This document shows positions 14,630-28,055 of a stretch of 64,000 bases of DNA, piece after piece. The translations under genes and the position numbers were made by a program. The notes under the pieces are model-generated. The model did no database searches and was not told the DNA's origin. It saw only the letters and a program-made list of their open reading frames with translations. This DNA comes from Acanthaster planci (Eukaryota), in assembly GCF_001949145.1 (NCBI RefSeq), contig NW_019091359.1:2518861-2582860 (forward strand), read 5' to 3'. The first letter of the stretch is position 1. Every line of letters starts with the position of its first letter.

Positions 14630-17600
14630 TCTTCTTGGATTCAGCCCAAAAGATAAAAGCCCCAAAGACTGTGGCGACGAGAACTCTCCAAAACAGACTT
14701 GCCAAGCCCCAGCGAGATGGCCTAAGTAGACGAGAGATCACTAATTACTCAACCAGTTCCCCCGGCCCCGCTGAAGTCAGATCCTGTCATGTGGGGAAGG
14801 CAGTGATATCATGTGGGTACGTGAAGGTCCAGGGTGGCGCTGTCAGTCTCCCATAAAATAAAAATTAAAAAAACCCACAAGATTTTGGGTTGACCTTTAC
14901 TAGGAGGATGGGAACCTACACAGTCATTTCTGGCAGGATTATGACTGTTCTTCCCGGTCAACAAGAGCAGTCAGCCCCTCTACACTTTAAAGCTCTTGCA
15001 CATGTACACTTATCTTTTGTATCTGTCTGAATTCAACGAGAGTCAAAACTATCCAGCATCAGAAGCATGGAATTTCTCCTCAAAAGCTGTTCCAACTCAA
15101 AACATGAAATTAAGAAAAAACTCAAGACTTGCAGAAGATCACAGAAACAATTACCCAACGTAACTGCTATTCCACCGACCATTTTCAGCTAAAATAGCTG
15201 TAAGTGCAACCTCATATAATTTTCAAAAACTAAGTAGTCAATAATACAACATGTCCCAAAGTAAACATTGGCAAAAAACACCATTCAAAGCCTTATAAAC
15301 ACTTAAGAGGGAATTAATTTTCTTTGACTGGGCATAATAATTTTTGTGTGTGTCGTGTACACTTTGTAATAAGATGCCACCTTTAGTTACAGAGAATCAA
15401 GTTAACATGTAACAAGAGTCTTTTATTGAGGAAAGAACGACACACAACTTCCAAGCTGGAAAGCTACAAATATACACGTAGCTACATGTACACGATGTGG
15501 GCATAGAGATTATTCACTTGGCAACAAGCTGTTACCAACTCAAATCTCATTCTGTATTGCTTGTAACTGGTGCCCACCTTGATTTACGCCTGATTTACTC
15601 ATTTGCTGAGCAGTGATTTCTTCACTTAGCCTTCCCAAACAAAATGAGTAAATGGGTACAAGCAAGTTACTGGAAGAGGAGCGTCCCTTTAATTTATCCA
15701 GAGACCACCAATGAGTCACATCCTGAGTTATGGCAAGCTCCAATGCAATCCAGCGGAAATGATTACTTGCAGTGAGTTAGCCAGGGGTCTGGGGTGTACA
15801 TGTGAGTTCAAGTCATGGGTAGGGAAGGTCACATTTGAGACAGGACTTAACCCTTGTTCTCCTGAACGCCTCTGCAGACTGTACTTTCCCCTCTTGCTGA
15901 GCAAACCCCGAGTTCTTCTATATTTCAACAGCGTCCTCTTATGTTGACAGAGCAGGGAAATATTACACTGGGGCTTGCCTCAGAATCATGCTTCACGTTT
16001 AAACTGTTTGCTCTTGTCAAGATACGCTCTTATACTGTGTTTATGCATGGACACTCAGTGAAAGACTAGATGCAGGCAAGTTGGTTTCCACATCCAATCA
16101 GTGTAGCAGAACTAGCCTTGCTGGGTAACATCTAAAAGTCTTGGCTATGGCTGGCAAAGACATGTGCATCTATGAAAGCCAGTGACTAAATGTAAATGTG
16201 GCTGCAACCACTTCACATAGACATACATGTATGTGTGTTGTCATCGGCCATAGTGATGCACGTATCACGTACATCACTGATGCATCAATAAGCTCAGACA
16301 AGGAGGATGCAGAAAACTCTCCAACGGCTGCAACAAATCCTTCTACACAAATTCTCCTCTCAGGGTAATCATGCTTTTATGCTTAATCCACTGAATCTGG
16401 AAGCCAGTAAGTCCCTACAGGAATTTTCTTAACCAGTAAGCAGGCTCCAGTAAGCCAATTTGTTACTACAAAAGGGCAAGGTTTTTCGAGAACAAAGAAT
16501 CTGATGTCATGTTAGCGTAAGATTTTGCTTATCCGCCAGACAATACCCTTTGGTGGCCTGACTCCCAGACTACTACCAATAGCTCAAATGTTCACTACAT
16601 GTGAGTCTGCGTACATGTACGGCTTACCTGATAAGGTCAACCTCACATACATGCATATTGACATTCTAAAATGATCTGTGACGGGCTTTATTTCGTGCCT
16701 ACTGAAATGGCTCACGGATGAAATCTCTCTGTTATTTCTTCCATCCATTGATTGCGTACCAGTACTAAGCAACTTTTGGCACTTCGACCTTCAAAGAGTT
16801 CAGCTACATGTATTTGCATATTAGAGAACGTTAGCAAACCAATTTTTCGACACAAATCAAGACCTATAAGCTTTCACTGACCATGAGGGTATTCCATGGT
16901 ACATGTAACAGTACCTACACTTCTTCCTACATGTTATACATGTATTCCAAGAAAGTGTACAGGTTACATCTACAGTGCACTTCCCTACATGTACTTGTAG
17001 TTTCTGTTTTCTGGTCAGTGATTAAAGATGACTGGAGGCTACTGGAAATTGACTGGGGCGACTACAGTCTATAAATAGAAGCTATAATAAGGGGTTTTGT
17101 TCAGTTGTGGTCTTGAGTGCACAAATCAGCTGGCACTGTCTGTGCATGGCTGCATGCATCTCTCATTCAAATGTACATGCAACAGCAGTTCACAAGAATA
17201 TATTGTATGTACCTCCTCTGCAACAGAAAAAAAGGAACGGGCTGAAATGAAATAAACCGCATTCAAGAACCTAACGGCATGAACGGTATACATGCATTTC
17301 CTACAAAGGAAACATCCCTTGAGATGGTGAAGAAAGACGTTGGATACCCATGGGTGTTCTCCGCACCATATTTAAAGGCACTTTTTGGCTTCATGGATAG
17401 AATGGGTCGTTGCGGTTCAAACCCACAGGGAGAGAGAACTGTAGAAGAACTCGTCTCAAGTTCCTCCATTGCCAAGAAATCCAGAAGGATGAGTGGCATT
17501 AAAGGTAAAGGAGCCAGTGAAAAATGCATCTGCAAATGGAAAGTTACAAGGAACGTCTCTGGCACACATGTATGATGTGTGTACCGGTACATACCGGTAA

Positions 17601-18983
17601 TGCAAACTGCTCCAAGTGATAAACGCATCAAAAGATGGTCTGTTCCCGGCACAATTCTGCATGATGGTACCATAAATAAACCTCGGTGTTCCTACTTGTA
17701 TTTGCAGGCCATGTAAATATACACCAGTAAAACTTGAACATTTAACATTGGTGAACTAACACCAAAGCAAAAATGACAGTGTATTTTACAACCCAAAAGT
17801 GCTGTTTTCAAGCAGGCCTCCAGGCATATAATTGGGAAATCAGACAAAACAAGAAAATGCCCATGCTCCACAAGAGTTTGCGTTAAGTCTGATCCAATTC
17901 AAATAATGCAGTTAGATTCTGAATTTACATGTATACACCTCCAAGCACTTCAATTATCTTGGTTTGCAAATATTTTCTATGTGGATCTGCAGGTAAGTGC
18001 TTAAAACTTCACATCCAGGTTTGTACAGCATGTAAAAACCATTCCATCCGCAATTTATACAGTGTCCATAAAAAAGAAGTGTTCATCATTGTAAATGTCA
18101 ACCAATCTCACACATCTCAATCATGGAGTCCCCCTAATCAAAAACTTTCATGGGCATGTTCACTTCTACCAATTTCTCTCCATACCCTGAGAGCCCAATT
18201 TGTCAAAGTCGGGGGGGGGGGGAAGAGAATCTTTCCCCTAAATAGCCAAGTGAAGACACCAGGTCATCAAGCCATCACTGTCTTCCAGCCCACCAATTTT
18301 ACCCTGATGGATGCCCACTTTGGCTCCCAGCAAAAAGCAGAGCAGCAGTGACATTTGAAAGGAATGAGTTTTTATATCACGCCTCATGGTAGAGTCAATA
18401 TTTGCCAGGAAACACACGGGGCACACCAGCCGTCTGGGAATCATATCCAAGATCCTTTGCAGTATGGCGGTCACATCATTTCACTGGTTTCCACATGGTA
18501 CAGAAATATCACTGGAAGGTCCTTTCTCCCAATCTCATTTCTATTTATTGATCTGCAAATATGCAGTCCTTGTGGTTGATATATGTACGCCAAGGTTAAT
18601 TTAATTCTACAATCATGTGTACTGACTATGCAAGTACAGTAATATCATCATACAAAGCTTTACTGACTCCAAAAGTGGAAGTGCTCCTTTAAGGAAATGG
18701 CAATTGCTATCTATAAGGACCCTGCATAGGAAATAAGCCTCAAAGCAATGACTGGGTATTCCTGGTACATGAAAATGTAAATAAACTTCACTGTGCATGT
18801 ACCTTGACTTATGAAATTCATTCTTAGTGAAAGTGAAGTTTTGCCTTATCATTTTAATCAGGTCATATCACATAGACCAACAACTCACACCTAAACTTAC
18901 AGGTACATGTACATGTACATTGTATGCAAGTACTAGCCATGTACAGGTACATCACATGGACACGTACATGTATACACATACCA

Positions 18984-19180
18984 GGCACATGTGTTGTAAG
19001 CAATGCATCATAAATGTACATGTATACATAGGTACTGGCACATGTGTTGTAAGCAATGCATCATAAATGTACATGTATACATAGGTACAGGCACATGTGA
19101 TGTAAGCACGGCATCATACCATAAATGTACATGTATACACATGCACAGGCACATGTGTTGTAAGCAATGCATCATACATG
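18984..19180. repeat. minisatellite, 53-bp unit, ~3.6 copies
   Basis: ggcacatgtgttgtaagcaatgcatcataaatgtacatgtatacataggtac(t/a) units start at 18984, 19037, 19090 and 19148. Confidence 0.9.
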
Positions 19181-19350
19181 TACCATACGTACAGTTTAAA
19201 TACCAGTATATGGAGGCTTATATTGTAGCACCAGGTGTTCTTGTTTGTATGTACGTTCACATTTGTACATGCACAGTGTGCATGTAACTTTTTGTAAGCC
19301 ACTGACTTTTGACATTTTACAAAAGCAAAGAATCAGAAGGATGAACTTAC

Positions 19351-19410
19351 ATGCAATTTTTCAGATCCGTCATTCATGTGGGCCTCATTGGTATCGATCA
19401 AGTTGTACAT
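19351..19410 (-). CDS. AHCYL1: candidate alternative first coding exon of AHCYL (MYNLIDTNEAHMNDGSEKLH)
   Basis: Kozak-like gcaaccATG at 19410, 20 codons, donor CAT|gtaagt in phase 0. Confidence 0.55.
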
Positions 19411-20143
19411 GGTTGCACGTTTGCCACCCTATGAGAGGCCACGGGCGAATACTTTACCCTGGCTTCGGTCAGGAAGCCAGTCTTTCAAGCAAATGCATTA
19501 TGCTTACCAAAGCGAAAGTAGACTATAAAATATCCATTTATAATTCTTCCGGGACACAGTCGCTGCATGTATGATGTTGTGCCTGAACTTCCAGAAAGGT
19601 TACAAAAGTGAGTGTCAGGTTTCTTACTTGGGTGTGAAAGATATCAATTGGCCACTCAGGAAGCAAGAGCCAGAGAGGATATGCCTTTCTGATGGACAGG
19701 ATATTTTTAACTTCTGAGTGAATGGGGTAATGGCGTGGGACAACAATGACCTGAATATACGCTCATGAAAAATTCATTGGAGACACATGTCACCTGGGGA
19801 AGGCAAGTGACATCACATTGTTAGGTGACAAAAATAAGCCATTGATTGCCAGCTTGAGGAAAAGTCAGTGCGTAATTCCGGCATGTACACTTATTGTAAA
19901 GCACACAAAATACCTAGTACATGCAGTTTGGGTATTCATATCAGCTTCAACTTGTCAAAAGTGGAAAGTGAAAGTGATAAAGCTGGCCAAAATATGTGCC
20001 ATTTTGACCTAACTATGCTAAAAACAGATCACACAAAAGAACAAGTAAACAATCACTGGGCATTCAGTTGAATATATATCTACAGAAACTATTTCACCCA
20101 TCCCAATCATTCTTTGTACATAATGTTGAACTGGAATGAAAGG

Positions 20144-20395
20144 GAGGCTACACTTGCAAAATGAAGACTCTTGAACATCACTGACAATGCGGGTAACAAA
20201 GCTATTACCAACTGTGAGGACCCATCAAAGAAGCCAACGAGAAGCTGCACTTGCCAAACACAATCTCTTGCACCATTAACGATGCCCCAGCTTGCTCATG
20301 TAGCTTCTCTTTCAATACAATGATGGGCACTCAAAGAGAGGCTGCACTTGCAAGATGCACTCTTTTGTGTCATTTTCAATGTAGGTAAATATGCA
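20144..20395. repeat. old degenerate tandem repeat, 97-bp period
   Basis: ga(g/a)gct(a/g)cacttgc...tctt motif at 20144, 20241 and 20338, spacing 97 and 97. Confidence 0.65.
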
Positions 20396-21984
20396 ATAAT
20401 AAATAGCTAAAGATTTTCATTGTAAAATCTCCTCTTCAACCATCCATACACGTACAATGGGCCCATAGATACTTCAGTTTTTTTTTCTTCATCTGAAACA
20501 AAATCTCTTTGTGCATACAATTACAACAAGTGTTGCCAGCATATCTTCATGCTTAAATATATCGTAACACAATAATTTGCATCCCGAGCCTGAACGCCAC
20601 TGCAGCAAATGTCATTTATTCCTATCAATGCATAATTCAATTAGATTAAGATGAGCACTTTCAACATATCCTTTAATTTCTGAAGTGGCCAGGACTCTGC
20701 AAAACCTGGCCTTCGCATGTACTCTGCACAAACTGAATTGAATATTTAGTCAGCTGGATCAAGCTGGAAACTCTAGCACACTTGTACACTTATGCTCATG
20801 TACATGTACAGTATGTGTATAAAGGTGCTGTACATATCCAGAGGAAGACATGTACACCTATGTCCATGTACTTTATAAAGGCCCCCTCATTAGAAATTAA
20901 CCAACTCTCAAACAGTGTAAGCGTACATGATACGAAGAGATTGATTATAAAACAAATCAGATTCAATGTCCACAACCAGATGCCCTGGAATTCAACTCGC
21001 ACACGGTGCAAATCTGAGTTACACAGGTGCAAATTGAATCGCATGGATTATACACAAATTATGTTGCCAGATTATGCCCACACAGTGGATCCCAGAACTA
21101 GGGCAGGGGTCACTCAGCCACAATGAGTAAGTCAGGTCAAGCATCTTCTTCCTTAGTGACTATGGCTGTGACTACAATGACTAAGGTTGACTTGGCAATC
21201 AAAATTATATAACCAATCTGTAGCTAAAAACACTCCCTCGGAAATGGCTTAATTTTGCAAAGACAGACGTTTCTTTTTAATTTAACTATGAGTTTTATAT
21301 TTCTCTTCAGTATTTTCATTTGTTGACATTTATTTGGATGTATAATTTAAGATTTAATCATCATGTGTACAGGCAGTACATTCAGATTTTTTCCACTGAC
21401 GCTGTGTCAGATCTTCCACTTGCATCATTATAGGTACCGATGCATGTAGCTACAAAACCATTCATGTGTACATGTACATGTATGCACAGGCCTGACACAC
21501 AGCACAGTCGCACATGCAGCATGTACAATGTACACCCACACATGTACATGTATGTTTACAGCAATACCTGGTCAGTATACATGCACCACTTGGCCCCTAC
21601 AAGTAAATGTATACATTAAACTTGGATTTTCTGGTACATCTGTGGAGACACTTAGTACACATTTTTGGAGAGTCAATTTTGCTCACTGATAAATTTCGTG
21701 TGCAAAAGTTTTTATAAGTCACCAAAGAGCATGTTGATCTAAGAAATCACTTTGAATTTTGTGAAAATAATAACGCTTTAAGACTGATAACGTTTGTATC
21801 ACAGCTGCAGTGTACCGGTACATGTACTCTGTATAAATTACATGTACATGTACTTGCTGGCTTTATTCACGTCCAAGTCTTATCATCAAAATTAATGCTT
21901 CTTCACCCAAGCTACCATTTTAACAAGTACAGGTGCACATACATGTACATTACAGTTTACACATGCCTGGATTTATTACAATAC

Positions 21985-22029
21985 CTGATTGAAGTGGCCC
22001 GACACCATTGGAGAGCCTTGGTTCTGCAT
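21985..22029 (-). CDS. AHCYL1: candidate alternative first coding exon of AHCYL (MQNQGSPMVSGHFNQ)
   Basis: acgaaaATG at 22029, 15 codons, donor CAG|gtattg in phase 0. CpG-rich upstream region with GC boxes (cccgcccc ~22207, gggcgg ~22292). Confidence 0.55.
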
Positions 22030-25000
22030 TTTCGTATCAGCACCGACTTCAAAGCTTCACTGATCCAACTCAAAGTGCCTGCTCCAAACAGCGGGCTGCA
22101 CCGGGGAAAATAATCCCAAGGAACTCCTCACCTACTGAGGTGGTGATTTCCTCGGCAAACGACTCCGCATATTGCCCCGTCTCCCTATCTCTACATCCCC
22201 GCTTCTCCCGCCCCCCCCCCTACATTAATATTCTGATGGGTAGTGTGAATGCTCTTGAACTTTCCCCAATCCAGTACTGACGGCAGGGGGTGGGCGGATG
22301 CCAGACGGATAAGGAGAGGCTGGTTAAACAGGAATTTGATCGACTGGAAATCAATAAACAGCCACTGTTTACAATTCTGTTTCCCTCCTACCAGCTGCGC
22401 TGTTCTTTTTTAGCACAAATATGTCTGTTGTTCAGTCATAATCATCGCTGACACCTACATTACAGGTGCTTGCACAGAGCTCATCAATTCAACCTATTTC
22501 ACCTGGAAATACATGCAGTAACAGTTGAGCTCCTGTTCCCAGGGTTTGTATCTACCCAAGTTTTATTTTCTATTTAGTTTTTATGTACAAAATGGCTCTT
22601 TATTTGTAGATTTTTTAATCCGTAGAATTAGGAATACGCTGTACAACAGTTTGAAATTGTAACAAGTCATTCTGCTAAATGCTCATTCAATGCGTGACAC
22701 GTTATAACAGGCAGGTTCAACACTGACCTTATTATCAGGCACCAGAATTAGAAATGGACATAAGTCTAGTTAATATTGTCGTCAATGTGAACATTATACA
22801 TAATACATGCATGTAACCAATCTAGAAAGTAACAGCATTTACCTAACCAGTACAGAGCGGTGAATTGATGCACTTTCACAATTCTTTGTTTTCAACAATG
22901 CCACCACTGGTCAAGATATGGCCGCAATAAACATTTTTTTTGATTCTTAAAATTGGCCGTTTTTCATTTGAGAAAGGATAACATTCAACTTGAACTTCGT
23001 GTTTCACCATCTGCACTAATTTGAGGATGAGACCCTGCAGTTTTCTGGGGGAACTTTTGAGAAAATGTGAAATTCAAAATAAGGAAACCAAAATACCTTA
23101 ACTTTAGTTTGATTGTGACTGAGTTATTTATGCATGCAACTAGTACCCTTTTAAGTGTTACTCATTTCATTGGAAACAAATGCCACCTCCCCTGCTGTTG
23201 TTTTAACGACGTGTTCACTCTAAGCTGCACACAGACTCAGTATTTTGAAAGTGAAATAAAATGCTTCCATACATATAATGATGTATCTGGTACCCTGTTC
23301 TCATATACCATGTAATGCCAGAAATATTTAGGGCGCCTAACCCTGAATTCCTCAAACCACTGGAACAGCATGAAGACAGTATGTGTCCGACGTTTCATAA
23401 GGAGTGACGTAAAGTGGATGTCTGCTGAAAATGACTCATCAAACTTTTCTCGAACAGGAGGGAACCGTGTAAAGTTGTGCGCTCATAAGATACCATTCTT
23501 ACTTTTTTGAAGAGGATTTGTGTTAGGTCTCTTGACAGTGTCAAGGACTTGCTTTACGAGCTGAATTCTGTGCAAAACAGGAAACTGGGCCATTACTCCC
23601 TCCATTCAAATTACACCACAGCAGAAAACCATCAGCTGAACAGATTTCAACGAAAATACATAAGACACCATCAATGATTCACGTGACAAATGCAACAAAA
23701 ACTGTAAACATGTTTCTTTTAAGCTTGCAAAATACTGGATTTACAAGCTCCAGGGTATCCAGTATACCATGAAAGAATGCCGTACAGGTGGCAAATACAG
23801 CCAAATAGCTAGATACTGGATACTTTTACTGTTATGGTATATGTATGTCACTCGCATAACATGATTTCAACTTTTTTTATTTTTGAAAATGATTTTAATT
23901 TTTTTCAGTTTTCTTCTGAAATAAGGATCATTTGTGACAGTTCAAAAGGGAGAAAGACAGATCTTGCTATTATTTCTATTCTACAATCATCCTGGTAAAG
24001 TAGAGCAAAAAAGATCCACCGACAATCAGTTCACAGCCAGCTTGTGACTTTTTTTCGCAAGCTGTCAGACAAGCACTGAGCATACAGTGTTTATTAATAT
24101 ATACGTTGGGTAAGGGCAAAACCCGTTATATGAATTAACATCTCCCCAACGCAATAATACATCTTGAAAACCAGCAGAAAAAAAACACCCCCACCAAATA
24201 CAGGTACCAAATAATCTGCCCCTATTCACTCAAAACTGGATTCCATACTGGCGTTACTGAGTTGATCAGTACTTCAATACTGCGCCAATCCATCCCTACT
24301 GTTAATTCAAGCAAACAATGCAGTCAACTTAATTAGGGAGTTTGGAAATCTTGGATTAATTTTACCAACCTTCATGGATTAACCGGGTGACTTCATCTGT
24401 ACGCAGTACTTGCTCATGAACTCACTGGGTGAGTGACCTTTTCTTGCTCATGGTTTGCATTCCTAATTTTCAAAGGAGACAGGCTACTCAGGGAGTGTTT
24501 AGCAGCCCATGGCATGTTTGGATTGGGCTGTGGTTAGTGGATAACATAATACCCACAAGGGAGATTACTGAAATCAGGGGGGGTCTGCATGCTTGCTGTG
24601 AAAACAGGCTTTTAATATCACATTGTAATATTTGACATACAGGAGCAATTACTACCAACATGTAGTGTAGGGTTGTGTAGGTGAATGTTTATGAACCAAA
24701 CATACGAACTGGAACAAGAAAACTGAAGTAAATTCATCAGTAGAAAAGTGGAGAAATGAACAAAAAATCTGGGAATACATCTGTCAGCACAACAAAGTTG
24801 TTGAATGAGTCATAAGTGAAACAGGAAATTACCCGTGGTTAATGCATGCCTTTGTGTGACTGTGTTATGCATGTACATGTACACATATGACCTACACACA
24901 CAATGTATCAAACAAAGGGTTCCAAAATCAGTTTGGACAAAATACATGTAAAACTGAGGAAGAAATCACGTCTTTTCATTTTCAAATGTATTGAACAATC

Positions 25001-27881
25001 AACATCAACTTCAGTGTGTAGAAAGCACTTTGAAGCTTCAAAGTAAAGTTTAAAGTAAATATACAGAGCATCAAGATAAAAGGGGCAATCCTAGTCTACA
25101 TTTATTCTCTGATGTTGTGATGATTTGGGCTTAATCTTTTTGATGGCTCATAACTTATGGTCAGGATTCCCACAGATTAAACCAAACCTTGATCTTGGGT
25201 ACTCATGTCCACATGTGGAAGAACATAACATCTGACAATAGCTGTCACAACTTCAATCCCCACCACAATAGCCCCTCAACCCCTTCGATTGACCAAACTT
25301 CTCAAATCTTCAATTCGACACAAACAGCAAATTTCTGATCTGCATAGTATCACAGACCACATGTGCCCTAGTCAGAAAATATGGAACTCCAAATGCTATT
25401 GGAAAATCCCACATTTTCAAGATTATTGAAATACAATTAGAAATAGAATTTACAGGAAGAAAAACTGTGAACAAATTAACCGTGTCAAAAGAAAGTGTGG
25501 TGCCTAGCCTTTATTTGTGCACATTCTTTGTACAGTTACGACATCAGACTACTGGCTGACAATTTTTTTAGTTTGGAAAGTACCACTTTAGCCTGAGGCT
25601 TCCAACTGAGATCATTTGGCTTCATTCTCAGCTACAAAATGTTCAAGACAAATCCTTTTAAAAAACTGAACTGAAAGCCTGAACTTGGCAAAGTGTCATA
25701 GGAAAGACTTTGGCTGGGCTTCATGACAAATTTTAGAGTATTTTGGAGTATTGGCGTAAAGTTGGCAAGATTAAATTGCACATGGAGCATCAGTTTGCAG
25801 GTGCCCTTTACTTGTAAACCCATGAACTTCACGGTTCACATCACAATCATGCTTGTGGACTTGAATAGTACCAGTAAGAAGGAATAGAGGGCGCTATTTA
25901 CTTTCCATTGTTAGTTTCACACATGCAATTTTGTGTTCAATATCTCTGAGTCACTGCACTTGAATGAATGTGTGTGCGAGCAACCTATTTAAGTCAAAAT
26001 TGGTTCTTTCAGAATATTTCATGTCCATGTATAATGTAATCACCAAAGGACATAATCGGATAACTGCTGAATTAATGACACTTCAAACTAAAATTGAACT
26101 TGATAACCTAGTAATCCTGTTTTCTGAGGAGGAATATTGACCTTTTTCACCCAAGGTGACAAAATAAATGTAAACAATACCACCACACGTGGACAGCCTT
26201 GGCCATGGTAATCATATACATGTATGTTCCTACCAGGCAGCTTCATTCACTGGCAAGCGCATGTGCAAACGCTGCATGCTTGACTAGTTTATCTTGAATA
26301 GCTAGATTACCATTACAACACATCAGACGTCCAGCACGATCATGACATCACTGGAAAAAGGTCTATACTAGGAATATGCATTACACTGCTTGCATTACTG
26401 ACCTTTTGTTTAGAAAAATACAGTAGAATATTCATGAGCGGGAGGCAGTGTCATACACAATTTTGAACAATAGACTGAAAGAGTGTTGAAGCCAAGGCAA
26501 GGTGGTGTGGTAGGATCATTGTTAGGCACAATCAACTGATATGCACTATTGCCTGGGCACTCTTCCTGTAATCTCCAACTTAAATTCCCTTTGGCTGAAG
26601 CAATCTTCCATACCGTAAACAGCGGTGAGTTAGAAAAGTCATTGGCTGATGGCGGATTCATTGACAAATCTGCAATAAGATTGATCGATCAGTTAGAGAT
26701 CGATTGATCGGGCCTAACATCATCTTTTACAACACCTAGGCAACATTTGGACTTAAACTGCGTTGCGTTTGGCTTCTAATATGTTGAGCCCAATGCTGGG
26801 CCCAGTCACACATGTCAGATGGTCCAAAGGAAATACGTTTTTACAGACACGAACACACAAAAGCAAATGGGCCATACTGAAAACATTCAGCCAAATCCTC
26901 AGCATGATTTACAGTCTTCAACCTACCTGTTTTTCTTCCCCAACATGTGCAGGCATGGCAGGCATTACTGACATTGGTCTCGTAGAGTGACTGTATCCAA
27001 TGGACAAAGAAAACTTGCAGCAGAGTCAACACGAGACAAAGCTTTGGGTTCAAAACCGACTGAATAATTTACATGTATCACCACACAACATGTACACGCA
27101 CATGTACAAATCTATGACGTACAAACACAGTGACCGTCGATAACCATCCACAGCAGCCTGGCCAGTTCATCAGTCAGTAATTAGGCCTACATCATACAGC
27201 TGACATGCTGATGTACACTGGACATGTAGGCCTACATGTATGTAGTGTGTACAAAAAACCTGGGCTGCATTGGTAAAGTAATGATCAACTTGGCCTATAC
27301 CAAGGTTCATCAACTGTCAGCATCACTCAGTCATGTCAGTCAACGACGGCTGGAATTCCTTCACAGCTTTAATTACTTTCTCCAAAACCGTGTTTGCCCT
27401 GTAGACTACCCCCGCTCATAACAAAGGAGACAGAGAAAGCTCCAATCGAAGACTTTCTTTTGTTGGGCGCCAAGACAAACAGCTGGCTGCGCTGAAGTCA
27501 CCCCCGATATACCACACGTGCAGCGAGTTGTGGACCGTCCGCACCGAAACACGTGGCCGAAGTGTTACACTGAGCGGCTACTGTGGCTACAAATAATTAT
27601 GCATTGTAGTGACTGACCCCACTTTCAACCCACAGGAAACCTCACCATAATGGATTACGATTAGCCTTCGGATCGCCGCCGCATGCACATGACGCACAAG
27701 GCAACATTTAACTGTGCAGTAAAGCATGCATGCATTACCGTCACACGCAACAGAGAGGTCAGGCGCCACCGGTGCATTTCCCATGCACGTTTCAGGGGCC
27801 TAGACGGTGACCGGTCATTCAACCGTGCATACCACATACGCTAGAGGGCACAAGGAGATTCTTGAGCCAAAATCTGCTTAC

Positions 27882-27968
27882 CCTGCCTGCTCCTTCGGGA
27901 TGTAGGGGCCGGTGATCAGTACGCGATCTTTCCGACACTTGGCCATTGCTCCCGTGATGATCCGCCAT
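27882..27968 (-). CDS. AHCYL1: most distal candidate first coding exon of AHCYL (MADHHGSNGQVSERSRTDHRPLHPEGAGR)
   Basis: gaaATGGCG at 27968, 29 codons, donor AGG|gtaagc in phase 0. Lies in a CpG-rich island (27470-28040) directly below promoter motifs. Confidence 0.75.
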
Positions 27969-27984
27969 TTCTGCTCAAACAGCT

Positions 27985-28055
27985 GGCCCTATTGCGTCAT
28001 TCACGCAGCGACCAATCCAACAGGCGAAAACTTAGCGCCTTTTTCAATTGGATAG
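27985..28055 (-). promoter_or_regulatory. probable proximal promoter of the distal AHCYL first exon
   Basis: CRE/ATF-like ttgcgtca (27992-27999), CCAAT boxes (ccaat at 28012, attgg at ~28047), CpG-rich, followed by AT-rich flank. Confidence 0.55.

Noticed and set aside
1630..17225. Possible AHCYL micro-exons (10 nt at ~1634, 5 nt at ~7461, 14 nt at ~12531, 5 nt at ~17213)
   Set aside because: They have AG/GT borders, but the combinations tried break frame or create stops relative to the phase-0 constant exon.
17263..17673. 136-aa minus-strand ORF as another AHCYL first exon
   Set aside because: No convincing phase-0 donor and no recognisable homology.
18984..19180. CRISPR-like array
   Set aside because: Eukaryotic context, head-to-tail units without unique spacers, no cas genes; an ordinary minisatellite.
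24420..24460. MSKKRSLT with donor gtgagt as a first exon
   Set aside because: The donor is phase 2, incompatible with the constant exon.
26410..26670. ORF/acceptor as a second exon for 27882-27968
   Set aside because: Splicing from the 27881 donor hits a stop within a few codons in both ATG frames; no recognisable protein.
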